Positions 13,238 through 27,225 are shown, counted from the stretch's first letter. The stretch: DNA of 64,000 bases from Octopus sinensis (GCF_006345805.1 NC_043006.1:79112001-79176000), one strand, 5' to 3'. Notes: a model not told the origin generated them from the sequence alone. Translations and numbers: made by a program.

Positions 13238-13395
13238 GTGTGTGTGTTTATCTTTTAGTGTTGTTGGTTTGTTTACACTCCCATAACGTCATCGTTTTGC
13301 AAAATGAGATCGATAAAGTAAGTATCAATCTTTAAAATAAATATTGAGATCATGTTAATCGACTAGTCCCTACAAGGTAGTGTCCCTTATATATA

Positions 13396-13453
<58 letters not shown>

Positions 13454-13689
13454 TGCGTGTGCATACTGTATTGTATTATATTATTCTTTTATTCTTTTAC
13501 TTGTTTCAGTCATTTGACTGTGGCCATGCTGGAGCACCCCCTTTAGTCGAACAAATCGACCCCAGCACTTATTCTTTGTAAGCCAGGTACTTATTCTATC
13601 GGTCTCCTTTGCCGAACCGCTACAACAGGGACGTAAACACATCAACATCGGTTGTCAAGCGATGGTGGGGGGACAAACAAAGACATACA

Positions 13690-14222
13690 AATACATACTT
13701 ATATGTGTGATTAATTAAATGAGGAAACTCGCCTAAATAATACTCACCTCGCCCTAATTACCCAACGAAACTAACCAATCTCCCACAAGCAAACCTCCAC
13801 CCAGCGAATTTACCAGTGCAAGAACAAAAAGTTAATGTAAGAATTATCTCTTTGTTTACATTACTATCACATATGTATCAATTATTTTTGCATCCTAACC
13901 GATGCATCTATCTATATTGGCATTCTGAAGAGATTTACTTAAACCGGTAAATCGAAACGATCGTAAATGCCACCCTCATCTCTGCTTCTTACTTCTTTGT
14001 TACCTATTTAATTAAAGACATACCAGCGTAAACCACGAGTTTCCCATTGTTATTTTATCCATTTTCTCCTATATAACATAAACTCAGTTTTATCAACCGA
14101 ACCACTGGCTACCGTACAACCTTACAAAAGACTGTACCTACCCAGGTAATAACCAGGAGCGACTCTGGATTTAATTATCGCTTAGAGGTATTAAACCCCT
14201 CTAACTTGATACCTTGATACCT
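13690..14222 (+). mobile_element. Non-coding element hosting the 13919 hammerhead, ending at (TA)n
   Basis: Unique C/A-rich stretch between a SINE and a (TA)n array; boundaries approximate; single copy in the window. Confidence 0.5.
13919..13971 (+). ncRNA. Intact type-I hammerhead ribozyme
   Basis: GGCAUU-CUGAAGA-GAUUUAC(UUAAACCG)GUAAAUC-GAAA-CGAUCG-UA-AAUGCC; 6-bp helix I, 7-bp helix II, palindromic ACGAUCGU helix III, predicted GUA cleavage after 13965. Confidence 0.9.
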
Positions 14223-14229
14223 ATGTATA

Positions 14230-14261
<32 letters not shown>

Positions 14262-14360
14262 AAACGGGAGGGTTTACGAAAATAAACAAAAGACGAAGGC
14301 AGGTGGAGTACAAACAAACAAATGTATTAGTATGGCGCTCAGGAATAGAAATAGGACAAG

Positions 14361-14398
14361 TCTTTTACGTTTCGAGCCTACGCTCTTCGACAGAGAGA
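14361..14398 (-). ncRNA. Variant hammerhead-like motif (CUGUCGA core), same family as 2695-2731
   Basis: Minus strand UCUCU-CUGUCGA-A-GAGC(GUAG)GCUC-GAAA-CGUA-AAAGA. Confidence 0.55.
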
Positions 14399-15139
14399 TA
14401 CACAGAAAAAAACAAGGAGAGAAAAAAATGCGTGTATGAGCTAACGATCTAACGCAGGATGTGTGTGTGTGTGTGTGTGTGTACGTGTATGTAATTTATG
14501 CACGTCCACAAATTAGCACGCATGTGGCTCCAGTTTTAGGAGGACATTCGTCATGACCCTAGCTGTATTTTCGTCTACTTATTTTTCCCAGAGGCACCAG
14601 CGAATAGCCGTAAAAATAAATTTTCGACAAAACTTTTAACAATTTTCAAGTCGGAGAAATCCACCATTCTTTACAAACAGGAGTTAAGTCCCCTTCTAGC
14701 GACAAGTAAGTTTTTGTTAAGATTTTTGGGGATTTTTCTTCCATCGAGGAAAAAGTGTTTTGTTGATATACGGGCAACACACGCACACACACACACACAC
14801 ACACGAACATGTATGCGTACAAAAAACATGTATGCAATAGGTGTACGTACGTACGTGTGTGTATGTGTGTAGTATATATAATATATTAATAACTTTAGAC
14901 TGAGTTGTGATCTGAAGGTAACCGCTTCTGACACAGAGGATCGGGAGCCCTTTTGGGCATTCTATATTTCTTGTGGAGGGTTCCTAACCCATGGGCAAAG
15001 GGGAGTTAGAAATGGAGGTAGTGTTTTCAAAGGGCTGGCATGGCAACCTGATTACCTATGCCGATCAAGCTCCCAACCCAGGCGCTACCGTCGCGACACT
15101 GATTCTGCAGAACTTGGTTGGGTGTGAAAACCAACTTTA

Positions 15140-15590
15140 AAGTATAAATATAGATGTTTTCAAATCAGCAATGTTGTGTTCGGTTAAGTCCTATTTGAGG
15201 TGAAAAATCAATAAACTGATTCCTTATGAGGTTTTCCATTTAATCGGGATTTTAAAAATCGATAAACCGATTTCTTATAGGATTTCCCAATAAAATTGGC
15301 TACACCCCATTTTCAACCATAGCTTTTAACAAGTTTGATATATTTTGTTCAAACTTGATGCCAGCATTACTTAGGACTCATGGAGATCTTTGAATGCTTT
15401 GAGTTCTCCAAAAACAAAAAAAAATCGATAAACCGATTCCTTATGGGATTTCCCAATGAGGTTGTCTGCAACTCATTTTCAGCCAAAAGTTTACCAATTT
15501 CAACGGATTTCGCTCAGATTTGATGTCGATGTTACTTAGTTTGATTTGAAAGAAAGAACTTGATTAGCTTAATAATACTGCTAGTATATA
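15140..15590 (-). mobile_element. Helentron/HINE-like non-autonomous element with internal tandem subrepeats
   Basis: Starts TATACTAGCAG at a (TA)n; repeated aaaaatcgataaaccgattccttatgggatttcccaat units; family assignment by analogy only. Confidence 0.45.
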
Positions 15591-15899
15591 TATATATTTG
15601 TATGTGTGTGTGTGTATGTATGTATGTATGTATGTATGTATTATGGGCTTCTTTCCTTTTCCGTCTACCAAATCCACTCACAAGGCTTTGGTGGGTCCGA
15701 TGCTATAGTAGGAAATACTTGTCCTAGTTGCCACGCAGTGGGACTGAACCCGGAACAATGTGGTTGGAAAGTAAGCTTCTTACCACACAGCTATATACGA
15801 AACGATCAACCCTTGGGTCACTTTATAGCTTTTATTGATTAAAAATAAACTTATATTCATAAACTCATGTTTTGAGTTCTGTTTATCCGTTAGTACTAC

Positions 15900-15969
15900 C
15901 AAACCTAAATAGATAGATAGATGGATGGATAGATGGGTGGGTGGGTGGATGGATGGATGGATGGATAGG

Positions 15970-16052
<83 letters not shown>

Positions 16053-16327
16053 GTAAGTAGGTAGGTAGGTAGGTAGGTAGGTATTTAGATAGATAGATAG
16101 ATAGATAGATAGATACATACATACATACATACATAAGTACGTACTATGTAAATGCATAATACATACATACATACGTGCATACATACGTACATACATACAT
16201 ACATACATACATAGGTGCGTACATACATACATACATACATACATACATACATACGTGCATACATACATACATACATGCGTGCGTACATACATACATACAT
16301 ACATACATACATACATACATACATACA

Positions 16328-16358
<31 letters not shown>

Positions 16359-16475
16359 TATTGACAATATAATTTATTGACAATATAATGTTTTCTACCC
16401 TTTTTTATTGACTACATACATACATACATACATACATACATACATACTACATACATACATACATACATACATATA
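15900..16475. repeat. Compound tetranucleotide microsatellite (GATA/GGAT/GACA/GGTA/TACA)
   Basis: Read directly; similar compounds at 16800-17150 and 38940-39195. Confidence 0.95.
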
Positions 16476-16827
16476 GACGAGGGATGGATAGACGAAAGAA
16501 ACTAACATTCAACACATCTACTTAGAGTTATAAATGTGTATTTAATAACAGGTTGACACAACCTCGCATTACTTAAAGTTTCATCCGAGCAAAATCTCCA
16601 TCCTTTCTCGGAATCAAGAGGACCTTAATTACTATGAAGTGACAGAGATAATGATTAATCGCTTTTATTCGATTATATTATTCGAGAGTTTACTTAATAA
16701 TAAAGCGAGGAAGAAAATAATTATTCCCTTAGACTAAACGTAAAAGTTGCCTTCATTACAGCTACCTTGAGAAGCTTAATAACGTTATAGCGATATGTGT
16801 GTGCGTGCACGCATGCGCGTGTATGTC

Positions 16828-16894
<67 letters not shown>

Positions 16895-16994
16895 GCATAT
16901 ATATATATATATATAATATTATATATATATATACGCATATATATTCACACAAACATGAGAATATACGTATTTGAAGACAGACAGACAGACATAG

Positions 16995-17150
<156 letters not shown>

Positions 17151-18389
17151 GTTTGTGCGGGTGTATGTACGTGTTAAGTAGTAACAATGATAGAATTAGT
17201 CGTCTTTTTTTATTACCATATGATTTGTGTTGACTGGGTCAACACAGATCATATTAATATTGTTGTTGTTGTTGTTGATGTTAAAGCGTCGAGCTGATAG
17301 AATCGTTGTCATGACAGGCAAATTGCTTGGTGGTATTTCGTCAGTCTCTATGTTCTGTGTTCAAATTCCACCGAGGTTGACTTTACTTTGCATCATGATG
17401 AGACTGTAGAACAATTAAAAGCAACGTATCCAATCACACCACAACCTCGCGATGGATTTCGTCCAATTCGAACTCAAAAACCATAAACACAAATAAGCTA
17501 TTACTAAGAAAATAGTAATGAAATAGATGCACTGTTGCGCAAGATTCTTTTGATGAAATCCTGTGGAGAAACAGATATTGTTATACTTTGAGACGGTCAC
17601 TCTGCCAATTAAACACATGCATTGGTTGTATTTTATTTCTTCTGTATTGTTAATTAATAAGTTGGTCTATTTACTTGTCAATGATTTGTTTGTCGAAGCC
17701 TTTTGCCACACAACTGTGGAATTTCCTAAATCCTCTTTGCAGAAAGAGGAGGATCTGGAAATGGCTACAAATTTTAACTAAAACTTAAACAAATTTTTCC
17801 TTGTTTCAAGGTATAGGCCTTGAAAATCTCTTGGCAGTCTCACCCGCTGGCTGGTGTACAGGCAATAAGAGTGACCAAATGAAATACTTGAAGACTTTCT
17901 TTAAGGACTTTCCATTCCTACCAGCGGGCCCCGAAAGACCAGTTGCTTTTGCCGAAACCCAATTCAGTATACCAAAATAATTAAGGACACATTTAATCTA
18001 CGTAGGATTGGTACGTAGAGCGCAGAAACAAGTGCCGTAATGTATGTTACCCTATGCAATAGCAAATCTTCAAATTTGATACCATTTGACAGATCAATGA
18101 ATAATTAATAAATCACTCAACTAATTATTCAACAGCAAAGAAGTGAACTACAAGTAATGAATGTGTTTTACTGGCAGGATGAATTTCCCATAATATAAAT
18201 AATATTTATAATATCAATAAATTTTACTATTTCCTTTCAATTACTTGTCGTCGACGCGGACCCACAACGGTTATCTCAGATTCTAGATTTTAGCTAAAAT
18301 ATTATAGCGTTATCTCTATCTCTCTCTTTCTCTCTCTATCTCACTCTTTCTCTCTCTCTCTCTCTATCTCTCCTTTCTCTCTCTCTCTA

Positions 18390-18420
<31 letters not shown>

Positions 18421-18457
18421 CTATCTGTCTCTGTTTCTCTGTCTCTCTCAATTTATC

Positions 18458-18524
<67 letters not shown>

Positions 18525-19185
18525 TTCTCTCTATCGATCTCATGCACACACACACACACACATATTAGAAATTCAGCAGCTAAATCAAACCTTACTAAAT
18601 CATAATTATATAAGCGTGAAACTTGAGAATTATATCCGGGAACAAAGTGGAAAAGTGACGTTTAAGATACCTAAAATCATGAAAAGAAAAAAAAACACAA
18701 CTGCTATATAATTAATGACAAAATGTTTTAAGCAAAGGTCGATACGTAACCGTAGACTTCGAAAACATCGAGAGTTTATTATAATTTATACTCCTGGATC
18801 TAGAACAATAGTTTATAATGTATTTTCGAGGTGTATTAATTAAGTGTGAATAAAATAGAAACTATTAAAAGTAACAGCCATATCTCCCTCAAATCACACC
18901 GTGTTGTCTTAAAAAAAGGGATTATATAATACCTTTAGTATTAAGTCTTAGATATACATTTTTTATATTTTATCTTTTATCTTCAGACTGCGGCCATGCT
19001 GGTGCACCGTCTTGAAGAATTTTTAGTCGAATATATCGACTCAAGTACCCATTCTTTTTTTGAAGCCTGGTACTTATTCTCTCAGTGTCTTGCCAAACCG
19101 CTAAGTTCCAGCACACCAGTACTGGTTGTTAAGCGGTTGTGGGTGGGAGAAAGCAGACACAAAGGTACACACACACACACCACAC

Positions 19186-19297
<112 letters not shown>

Positions 19298-20015
19298 CAT
19301 GTATGTGTGTGTGTGTGGTATATATATATAAAATATGAATTAGAGATAATACCACTATTAGGCAACTCAAACAGTGATAGACATAAACCAATAAATAAAT
19401 AACAAATAATATTAATATAATTAATATAATATTAATTTAATACTAAATCTAATAATAATATAATTTAATACTAAATCTAGTTTTTCCCTGTAAGTTTGTA
19501 ACCATACTCCCTAATATTATATATATACGACGAGCTTCTTTCAGTTTCCGTTTACCAAATCCACTCACAAGTCTTGGGTCAGCCCGAGGCTACAGTAGAA
19601 GGCAACTACGCCTGAGCCCTATATATGTACATCTAGAATTTTATACATTGAATAATGTAGTCCTAGATACACTATACCGGAAAATAAAAAGCAGAACGAT
19701 CATGGAGTTGAACGCTTATGACTAAATATACAACTGTGCACTTTCAGAGCTGGTTATATTTTGTATTTATACGTTATAAATGTATGCATGAATACATTTA
19801 GACAGACAGACAGACATTTTCGCTTTGTATTAGCAAAGTCTGTACTTTAGTTCTCGCTTTCTCTTTTTCTCCTCTCTGTATAAGTTCTCGCTTTCCTTTC
19901 CCCGTTGTTTATATTTCTTTTAATCAATCTTTTATATCTCTCCACCTCTCCATACGCTTTTCCAGCTCTTTCCAGTTTTTCATTTTCCTAATCTTTCTCA
20001 TACACAAACACACAC

Positions 20016-20076
<61 letters not shown>

Positions 20077-21415
20077 ACACACCTACACGCAAATACAAAA
20101 GCACATATCCTTCTATTTTCTGCTGCTCTGATATTAAACATTGATGCAACCCAATAGTTCTTCTCCATCTTTGTTCCGGCTGTATTTCATTTGTTGACAC
20201 TCTTAATATCAACTTACCTTATAACACTGTAATCAAACTACATCTAGAAACCTGTTAGAACTTGTTTAAACAATGGCTTGACTGCAACAAAAAAACCCTG
20301 CACTAGTAAATGGATCTCCGTCTGCTTCGACGACGACTATTCTTCCAGTTGTTCAACCAGATTAACTACCTTTTCATAATACATATATAGCTGCGAATTC
20401 CAATTCACAAATGCACCCTTAATATAATTCTACCTAATTTTGGCACAGGCTAGCAATTTTTAGGGGAAGGGGCTAGTCGATTTCATCGATTCCAGTACTT
20501 ACTGCTTTCGTCGACCCACGAAAGGATGAAAAACAAAGTCGACCTCGGCGGAATTTGAACTCAGACGTAGATACGGACGAAAAGCCTCTATGCGTTTTAT
20601 CTGACGCGCTAAAGATTCTGCCACTTTGCCACCCTCTGTACCCTTAAAATAATAAAATGCAAACTTCCTTTCTATTGTGAGTACACGGCCTAAAATTTTG
20701 GAAGAGGTGGGATAGTCGATTACATCAACTCTAGTGCTTAAACTGATACTTATTTCATCGACCCCGAAAGGATGAATGTCATAGTCGACCTCAGCGAAAT
20801 TAGAACTCAGAACGTAAATATGAGCGAAATGTTGCTAAGCATTTTATCCGGTGAGCTAACGATTCTGCCATATTAGTGCCTTGCTTACTCTTAACATAAT
20901 CCTTTCTTCAAGAAGCAGAAGACCAGAAATTTAAAAGTGGAAGAGGCTAGTCGATTATATCGTCCCAGTGCTCGACTGAGATTTATTTCATCGACCCCGT
21001 AAAGAACCGGAACAAATGCCGCGAAGCATTTTGTCCGGCGGGCTGAGGATTCTACCACGTTTCTGCCTTGTGTACCCTTACCGTAATTAAACGTAATAAC
21101 CATCAAGCAAAAATAATATGACATGGCTCGGTCATTGGATTACCAGTACAGTTATCCATCGAATATATTTCTATACAGCTTCAGTCTACCCAAGTTTCCT
21201 ACCAAGGCTAAGGTTCAAGATAACGCGCTGTGAGATCGAACCTGGGATATATTGCTTGCGAATCGATATTTTTAAGAGCACAAATATGTCGGTGTGAGAG
21301 ATGTAAATCGAATGGAATCAGAGATGGGCGAGCACACACACATACACACATTACCACATGCACACACACACCACACACACACACGCGCGCACACGCGCAC
21401 ACGCGCACACGCACG

Positions 21416-21477
<62 letters not shown>

Positions 21478-22059
21478 AATGTTGGTACATGCATGCACAC
21501 AAATATAGACGTGCAAACACACGGAAATTATTTGATTTAGGCACAAAGCCAGCAATTAAGGTCATAAGGCGATACCATCGGCTCCAGTACCTGACTGGTA
21601 CGTTACCAACTCTGAAAGTAACAAAGCATATACACATATACAGACTAACACAAAATCAGTCACAAAATATATACACAAGCACATACACACGCGCGCTCGA
21701 ATTCACGCACATACGTAGACATAACTACAATTTGTACATTCACATACACAACATCCTGACACAAACATCCTACCCAGCACACCAACAATTTCTCCGTCCT
21801 ATCGTCGTCTTTACAACATCCTTAACTTGTATTCCGTAAATTATTTTCGTCTTTCTAAGTCCCCTATAATTTATAAACTATGCCTTCTCGATCTCATTTT
21901 TACTTTACCTGTTCTTTTTTTTTTCCCCTCTTCTCCCTAGCTGCGTTGGAATTTAGTCCAAGCTCTGTATTTATATCCAACAATTATGATACCTTTTGAT
22001 TCCTTTCCTACATACACAAGAACAAAAAACATTTATCATCATCATCATCATCATCATCA

Positions 22060-22111
<52 letters not shown>

Positions 22112-22497
22112 ACATTTTTTTTTACTTGACGTTTGACGGCCATTATTATAATAATAGAGAGTCCGGTGAAGAAGAAAAAGAACGTAAAGGTGATAGGAAT
22201 GTCACCTATTCAAGAAAGAGTAAGTCAAACAAAAGAGAGTTTGTTTGTTTGTTTTTTATGAATAGTTGGGTAGCTTGCTTGACCTCACAGACACAAGCAG
22301 CAATCCAGTCGTTAAGTCTTCATTCATTCGAATACTCTGAATGTTAAAAAAAGCGGCCCAACAATAATAATTTCATATGAAGGATCACAATCGTCGACTC
22401 TCCTTTCTTTCCTTTCCTACAACGTACTATTCACATGAACTATAGTTACAACTCTCCCTCTCGCTCTCTCTCCTCTCTCTCTCTCTCTCTTTCCCTC

Positions 22498-22538
<41 letters not shown>

Positions 22539-22677
22539 TGTGTTGGGGGTTGTTTCTGTGGGGTGTATGTGTGTGAATAAGAAGTACGATTTGCAACCAT
22601 GCGGTTTCGAGTTCGGTCCCACTACACAGCATCTTGAATAAATGATTTCTACTCTGACGGAAACTGCGATAGGTAGG

Positions 22678-22713
<36 letters not shown>

Positions 22714-22900
22714 TTGTACATACACATACACGGTTCTCTCGGTTTCCGTCTATAAGATCCACACACAAGGTTTTACTCGACCCGGAGCTACTGTAGGAGG
22801 CACTTGCCGAAAATACCAGCGTGTGGGGCAGAACATGAAACCCATATGGTTGCGAAGCAAATTTCTTATTTCACAGCCACGCCTGCTACGATAGAAATAA

Positions 22901-22982
22901 TGCTACGAATAGGATTCGAACCGGTTAAGATATTGCCCGTCGAATTTCGAGTCCAACGTCCTCACCAATCGGCCATCGAAGC
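22901..22982 (-). pseudogene. tRNA-Ser(CGA)-like pseudogene, 82 nt with long variable arm
   Basis: Minus strand GCTTCGA TGGCCGATTGG…TTGGA CTCGAAA TTCGA…GGTTCGAATCC…TCGTAGCA; acceptor stem 6/7, T-stem with two mismatches. Confidence 0.7.
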
Positions 22983-23324
22983 TCGTATGTCCATGTATAT
23001 ATGCTGGAATCTCCCGTCTAAGAGAATGGTAAGAGCCTTTGCTGAAAGACCTTCAGAACTGATTTGTCTGTAGTAATCAAATGTCTGTACATTAGCTCAG
23101 TCTCTCCATCAAATTGATGTTACCTGTACAGGTGCACTGTGTACCACACGTCAGGTGTCGAAGTGATCGCAGAGCAACGCAAGATGAAGTGTTTTGCTAA
23201 AGAGCACAACACACCACCCGGTCCAGGAATTGAAGCCACAATCTCGCGATCGTGAGTGCAACACCCCAACACAAAACTGCAACATTTAAACTATGCTCCC
23301 TTATGTGAATATGCATATATATAT

Positions 23325-24195
23325 ATACTAGCTGACGTACCGTGTAATTCCCGGGAAAGCGGGGCTTATCCCTTGGTTCTGTTCTCAAAACAGTTTCGTT
23401 AATCCAATAACAACAATACAAAGTATGTAGCCCTTAAAACGGTTTTTGTGCATTTATGCAGAATACCGAACTGTCTTACACAGGATCTTGTTTTTAGGAA
23501 TTCCCAGTAAATTATGAATACCCAAATTGTGAAGTCAGTTATGTAATAACATGAAATTAGTTACCTGATAGTAAGAATTCAAATAAAGTAGCCCCGAAAA
23601 GGGTTTTAATGCGTCACCAGAGTATATAGAACTTAGGAGGAAATACTAATAAGGTATGTATACTAAAATCGTGAAGTATGTTATGTAATAACATGCTAAT
23701 CAGATATATGAGATAATAACAATTCAAAGTAAATAACTCTGAAAAGGGCTTTTGTGCGTTCCCAGAGAATATTACCTTCAGCGGCGCTAGTGTTGGTATA
23801 TTCGTAAATAAATTGCTAACCAAAATAAGTGGATCTATTGTTTAGGAAAATACTATTTACTTGTTTAAGGGTTGTACTGGATAAATTGCGAAAATAACTC
23901 TAACAGTTCAAATACTAAGAAATAAGCATATTCAATTTGATTTATAACAAATGAATTAAGAAAACTGAATGGGTTATTTCCCTTGACTGTTAAAATGAAA
24001 TATATTAGACATATATAAGGAACCTTGCCAGGGGCCCCATTATCGATTTTTTTCAACAATCTGAGTATGCCTTGAGATTTCCAGACATGAGTTCTACTCA
24101 CGTGTCAAGTTTCATCAAAATCAATAAAACTATGTAGGAGGAGTTAGATAACATCTCCACAAACACACCCCCAGACAGAATTTCCTACATATGTA
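23325..24195 (+). mobile_element. Helentron/HINE-like non-autonomous element
   Basis: TACTAGCTGACGTACCG…CCCGGG 5' end after (TA)n, internal tandem repeats, ACAGACAGA near the 3' end. Confidence 0.5.
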
Positions 24196-24234
<39 letters not shown>

Positions 24235-24416
24235 CTATTATAATATATATATATGCACACACACACGTGTGTGTGTATGTGTGCGTGGTATGTATATATT
24301 ATATATATATCTATGTATGTATGTATATGTATATGTATATAATATGTATATGTATATTATTTGTATGTATGTATGTATTTATATATAATATATATATATA
24401 GATAATATATATATAT

Positions 24417-24455
<39 letters not shown>

Positions 24456-25137
24456 TCTTTTCTACTCAAGGCACAAGGCCCGAAATTTTGGGGAAAGGGG
24501 ACCAGTCGATTAGATCAATTCCAGTACACAATTAGTACTTAAATTATCGGCCCCAAAAGGTGGAAGGCAAAAGTCGACCTCGGCAGAATTTGAACTCAGA
24601 ACGTAAAGACAGACGAAATATCGCTAAGCATTTCATCCGGTGTGAAATTTTTATGTCGGTTTCTTAAGACTGAAAGCTTCGTTTACATGGTAGCGATCCT
24701 GACATTTTACTTATGTACTACAATCGAGTTTTCTTTTCGTTTTAGAATGAATTGAATACAGAGCTATACAATAGACTTGCATTGTTACATATTTATGTTG
24801 CGACTTTATAGTTTTCCTTGGAATTGTAACCCCAGTGAACAACAATGCATAGATTGTTCTTGGCATCCAGTTTTACAGTAGGGGAGAGAAAAAAAGGATA
24901 GTAAACCAAGGGAAGTTTTAACACTCTTCTCATGAAGCAAAGTCGACCCCAGGCCATTTAAGTATTTACTATGCCGCTTGTATCATTGGTAAAGACAGCC
25001 TTGACACGACATCGTAATAATAATCTCTCTCCATTCTGTGTGTGTGTGTGTGTGTGTTTGTGTTTGTGCGCGCGTATGTGTGTATGTATAACGTCCCAGC
25101 ACTTATATGTATACATACACGAATATATTATATATAG

Positions 25138-25198
<61 letters not shown>

Positions 25199-25201
25199 TT
25201 A

Positions 25202-25409
25202 ACAAAATAAGGGCAAAAGAAAAATTCTACTGCCAAATATGCCGAAAAAAAGACAAAATTGTCAATAACAACTATAATTTATTCGTCTCGAAACAAACCG
25301 AAATTTCTATCGGTTTGTTTCGAGACGCATAAATTATAATGGTTATTGACAATTTTGTCTTTTTTTCGGCATATTTGGCAGTAGAATTTTTCTTTTGCCC
25401 TTATTTTGT
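25202..25409. repeat. Near-perfect 100-bp inverted repeat with 8-nt loop
   Basis: Arms 25202-25301 and 25310-25409, about 3 mismatches; lies between (TA)n arrays. Confidence 0.9.
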
Positions 25410-25499
25410 AAATTATTTATAAATTTAACCTTTAAAGGTATTTTTGATATGGTGGCCATTGATAAAATTTTTTCTCGAAAAAATTTTATCCTACATTAG

Positions 25500-25609
<110 letters not shown>

Positions 25610-25615
25610 CATATA

Positions 25616-26483
25616 GAAGGAAGTACCCAAAAGTAAGCGGAAATGTTCTCTGTGGGACAAACCCGCTTTAGCTCAGGCTACAGCCGCTAGAAGCCACTTG
25701 ATGCAACCCTCAGGCATCAGTCTGCTGACTGGCATCGTCGGGTGAATTCGTATTATCATGTCGTGTGTCTTTGTTTTGCAGTGCTTCTCCTCTGTTCGTC
25801 GATTTTTGCGATGGCTGAAACGAAGAGACATCATGTTTCTGTGAAATTCTGTTTTATTCTGGAGAAAACGACAGCCAAAACAGTTGTCCTGCTTCAAACA
25901 ACTTATAATGACGTTGCCATGAGCAAAACACAAGTAGATGAGTGGTTTCCACGGTTTAGAAAGGGTCACTTTTCGTTTGAAGACCAACCTCGTTCAGGAC
26001 AACTGTCTACCTCCCGAACGAATGTAAACATCATGAAAATTCATGAACTGATCTTGGAGGACCGTCGACGAACAATTGACAAACTTGTTGATGTGGTTGG
26101 TGTGTCTTGGAGCTCCTGCCAATGAATTTTGAGCGAGGAGTTACAAATGAAAATTGCAGCAAAATTTGTGCCTCGCTTGCTCACGAAAAATTAAAAAAGA
26201 ACAGCTGGAAGTTGATCCGGACCTTTTTCCGAAGATCATCACTGGTGACGAAAGCTGGTGCTACGGAATTTGCAGATATGGAAGAGGTGAAGAAAAAATG
26301 ACGGAGACGATAAAGGGCATCACTTCGCAAGAGTTCCAGAACTACTTCGAAAAGTGGAAGTCGTGCCTGGACCGATGCATTGCTTCAAATGGAGAATACC
26401 TTGAAGGCGATAAACGGTAAACATATAAAACTAAATAAATCAAATAATATTGCAAAATTCCGGTTTCTTTTGGGTACCGCCTC

Positions 26484-26484
<1 letters not shown>
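25616..26484 (+). mobile_element. Mariner transposon, internally deleted
   Basis: Imperfect TIRs (…GTACCCAAAAG(T)AA(G/C)CGGAA) in TA context; HTH region VKFCF…WFPRFRKG…EDQPRSG; ITGDESW then jumps to the C-terminal KWKSCLDRCIASNGEYLEG, so the rest of the catalytic triad is lost. Confidence 0.9.
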
Positions 26485-26520
<36 letters not shown>

Positions 26521-26724
26521 GACGTATGAGGGTTCGACAATTTCTTAGCGAACAACCACAGAGACGATTTGTTTATAGTGATCAGATGTTTGTGTAGACA
26601 TAGGCTCACTCCCTCCATCAGATCGACATTACCTGTACAGGTGCAACTGTATGCCACATGTCAGATGTTGAAATGATCGCGTATATATACACGCACACAC
26701 ACCTGAATACATACATATATATAT

Positions 26725-26929
26725 AAAGTTAATCCAAACATGAAAACACAACAACGCGAGGACGTGGAACAAGTATAGTATTATTGGACGCTCAGGAAAG
26801 AAGGAAAGAAGGAGGATTTAACGTTTCGAGCGGAGCTCTTCATCAGAAACATAGGAAAAGGAAAGCAGCAAAGAAGGGAAGACGGAGGGAAAAATCGCCA
26901 ACGATACACACGCGGTCACATTTTGAATC
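26725..26929 (-). mobile_element. Family A hammerhead element, copy 2 (ribozyme 26816-26850)
   Basis: Minus strand GUUU-CUGAUGA-AGAGCUCCGCUC-GAAA-CGUU-AAAU. Confidence 0.85.
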
Positions 26930-26941
26930 ATTATATATATA

Positions 26942-27220
26942 AGAAGAAATAAGGTACTCAGAAATCTGGATGGTTTTATATTTACAGATTTTTTTTAATA
27001 TGTCACATATTTTTATAAATCATATATTAGCGCTTGCATCTACTCTAGTAGAATCACCAGATTCAAATCTGGAGATTTGAATCTAGAGTAGATGCAAGCG
27101 CTAATATATGATTTATAAAAACATGTGACATATTAATAAAAATCTGTAAATATAAAACCATCCAGATTTCTGAGTACCTTATTTCTTCTAATACCTGTAC
27201 ATCACCGCCAAACCTTCTAA
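26942..27220. repeat. Long hairpin element with ~107-bp arms and an inner 12-bp palindrome
   Basis: 26942-27048 pairs with 27083-27189; spacer holds agattcaaatct-gg-agatttgaatct. Confidence 0.9.
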
Positions 27221-27225
27221 TATAT

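Noticed and set aside
14592-14705. Exon-like segment with a good acceptor and gtaagt donor, open in phase 1-1
   Set aside because: The peptide shows no claudin features; it could be a UTR exon but cannot be supported without RNA data.
15030-15125. Possible HDV-like ribozyme in an RTE-like 5' UTR stretch
   Set aside because: Two hairpins are visible, but the space between the candidate P1 strands is too short for P2/P3/L3.
24737-24800. NELNTELYNRLALLHIYVATL, faintly like the loop-1/TM2 junction
   Set aside because: In-frame stop immediately after, and no donor site.
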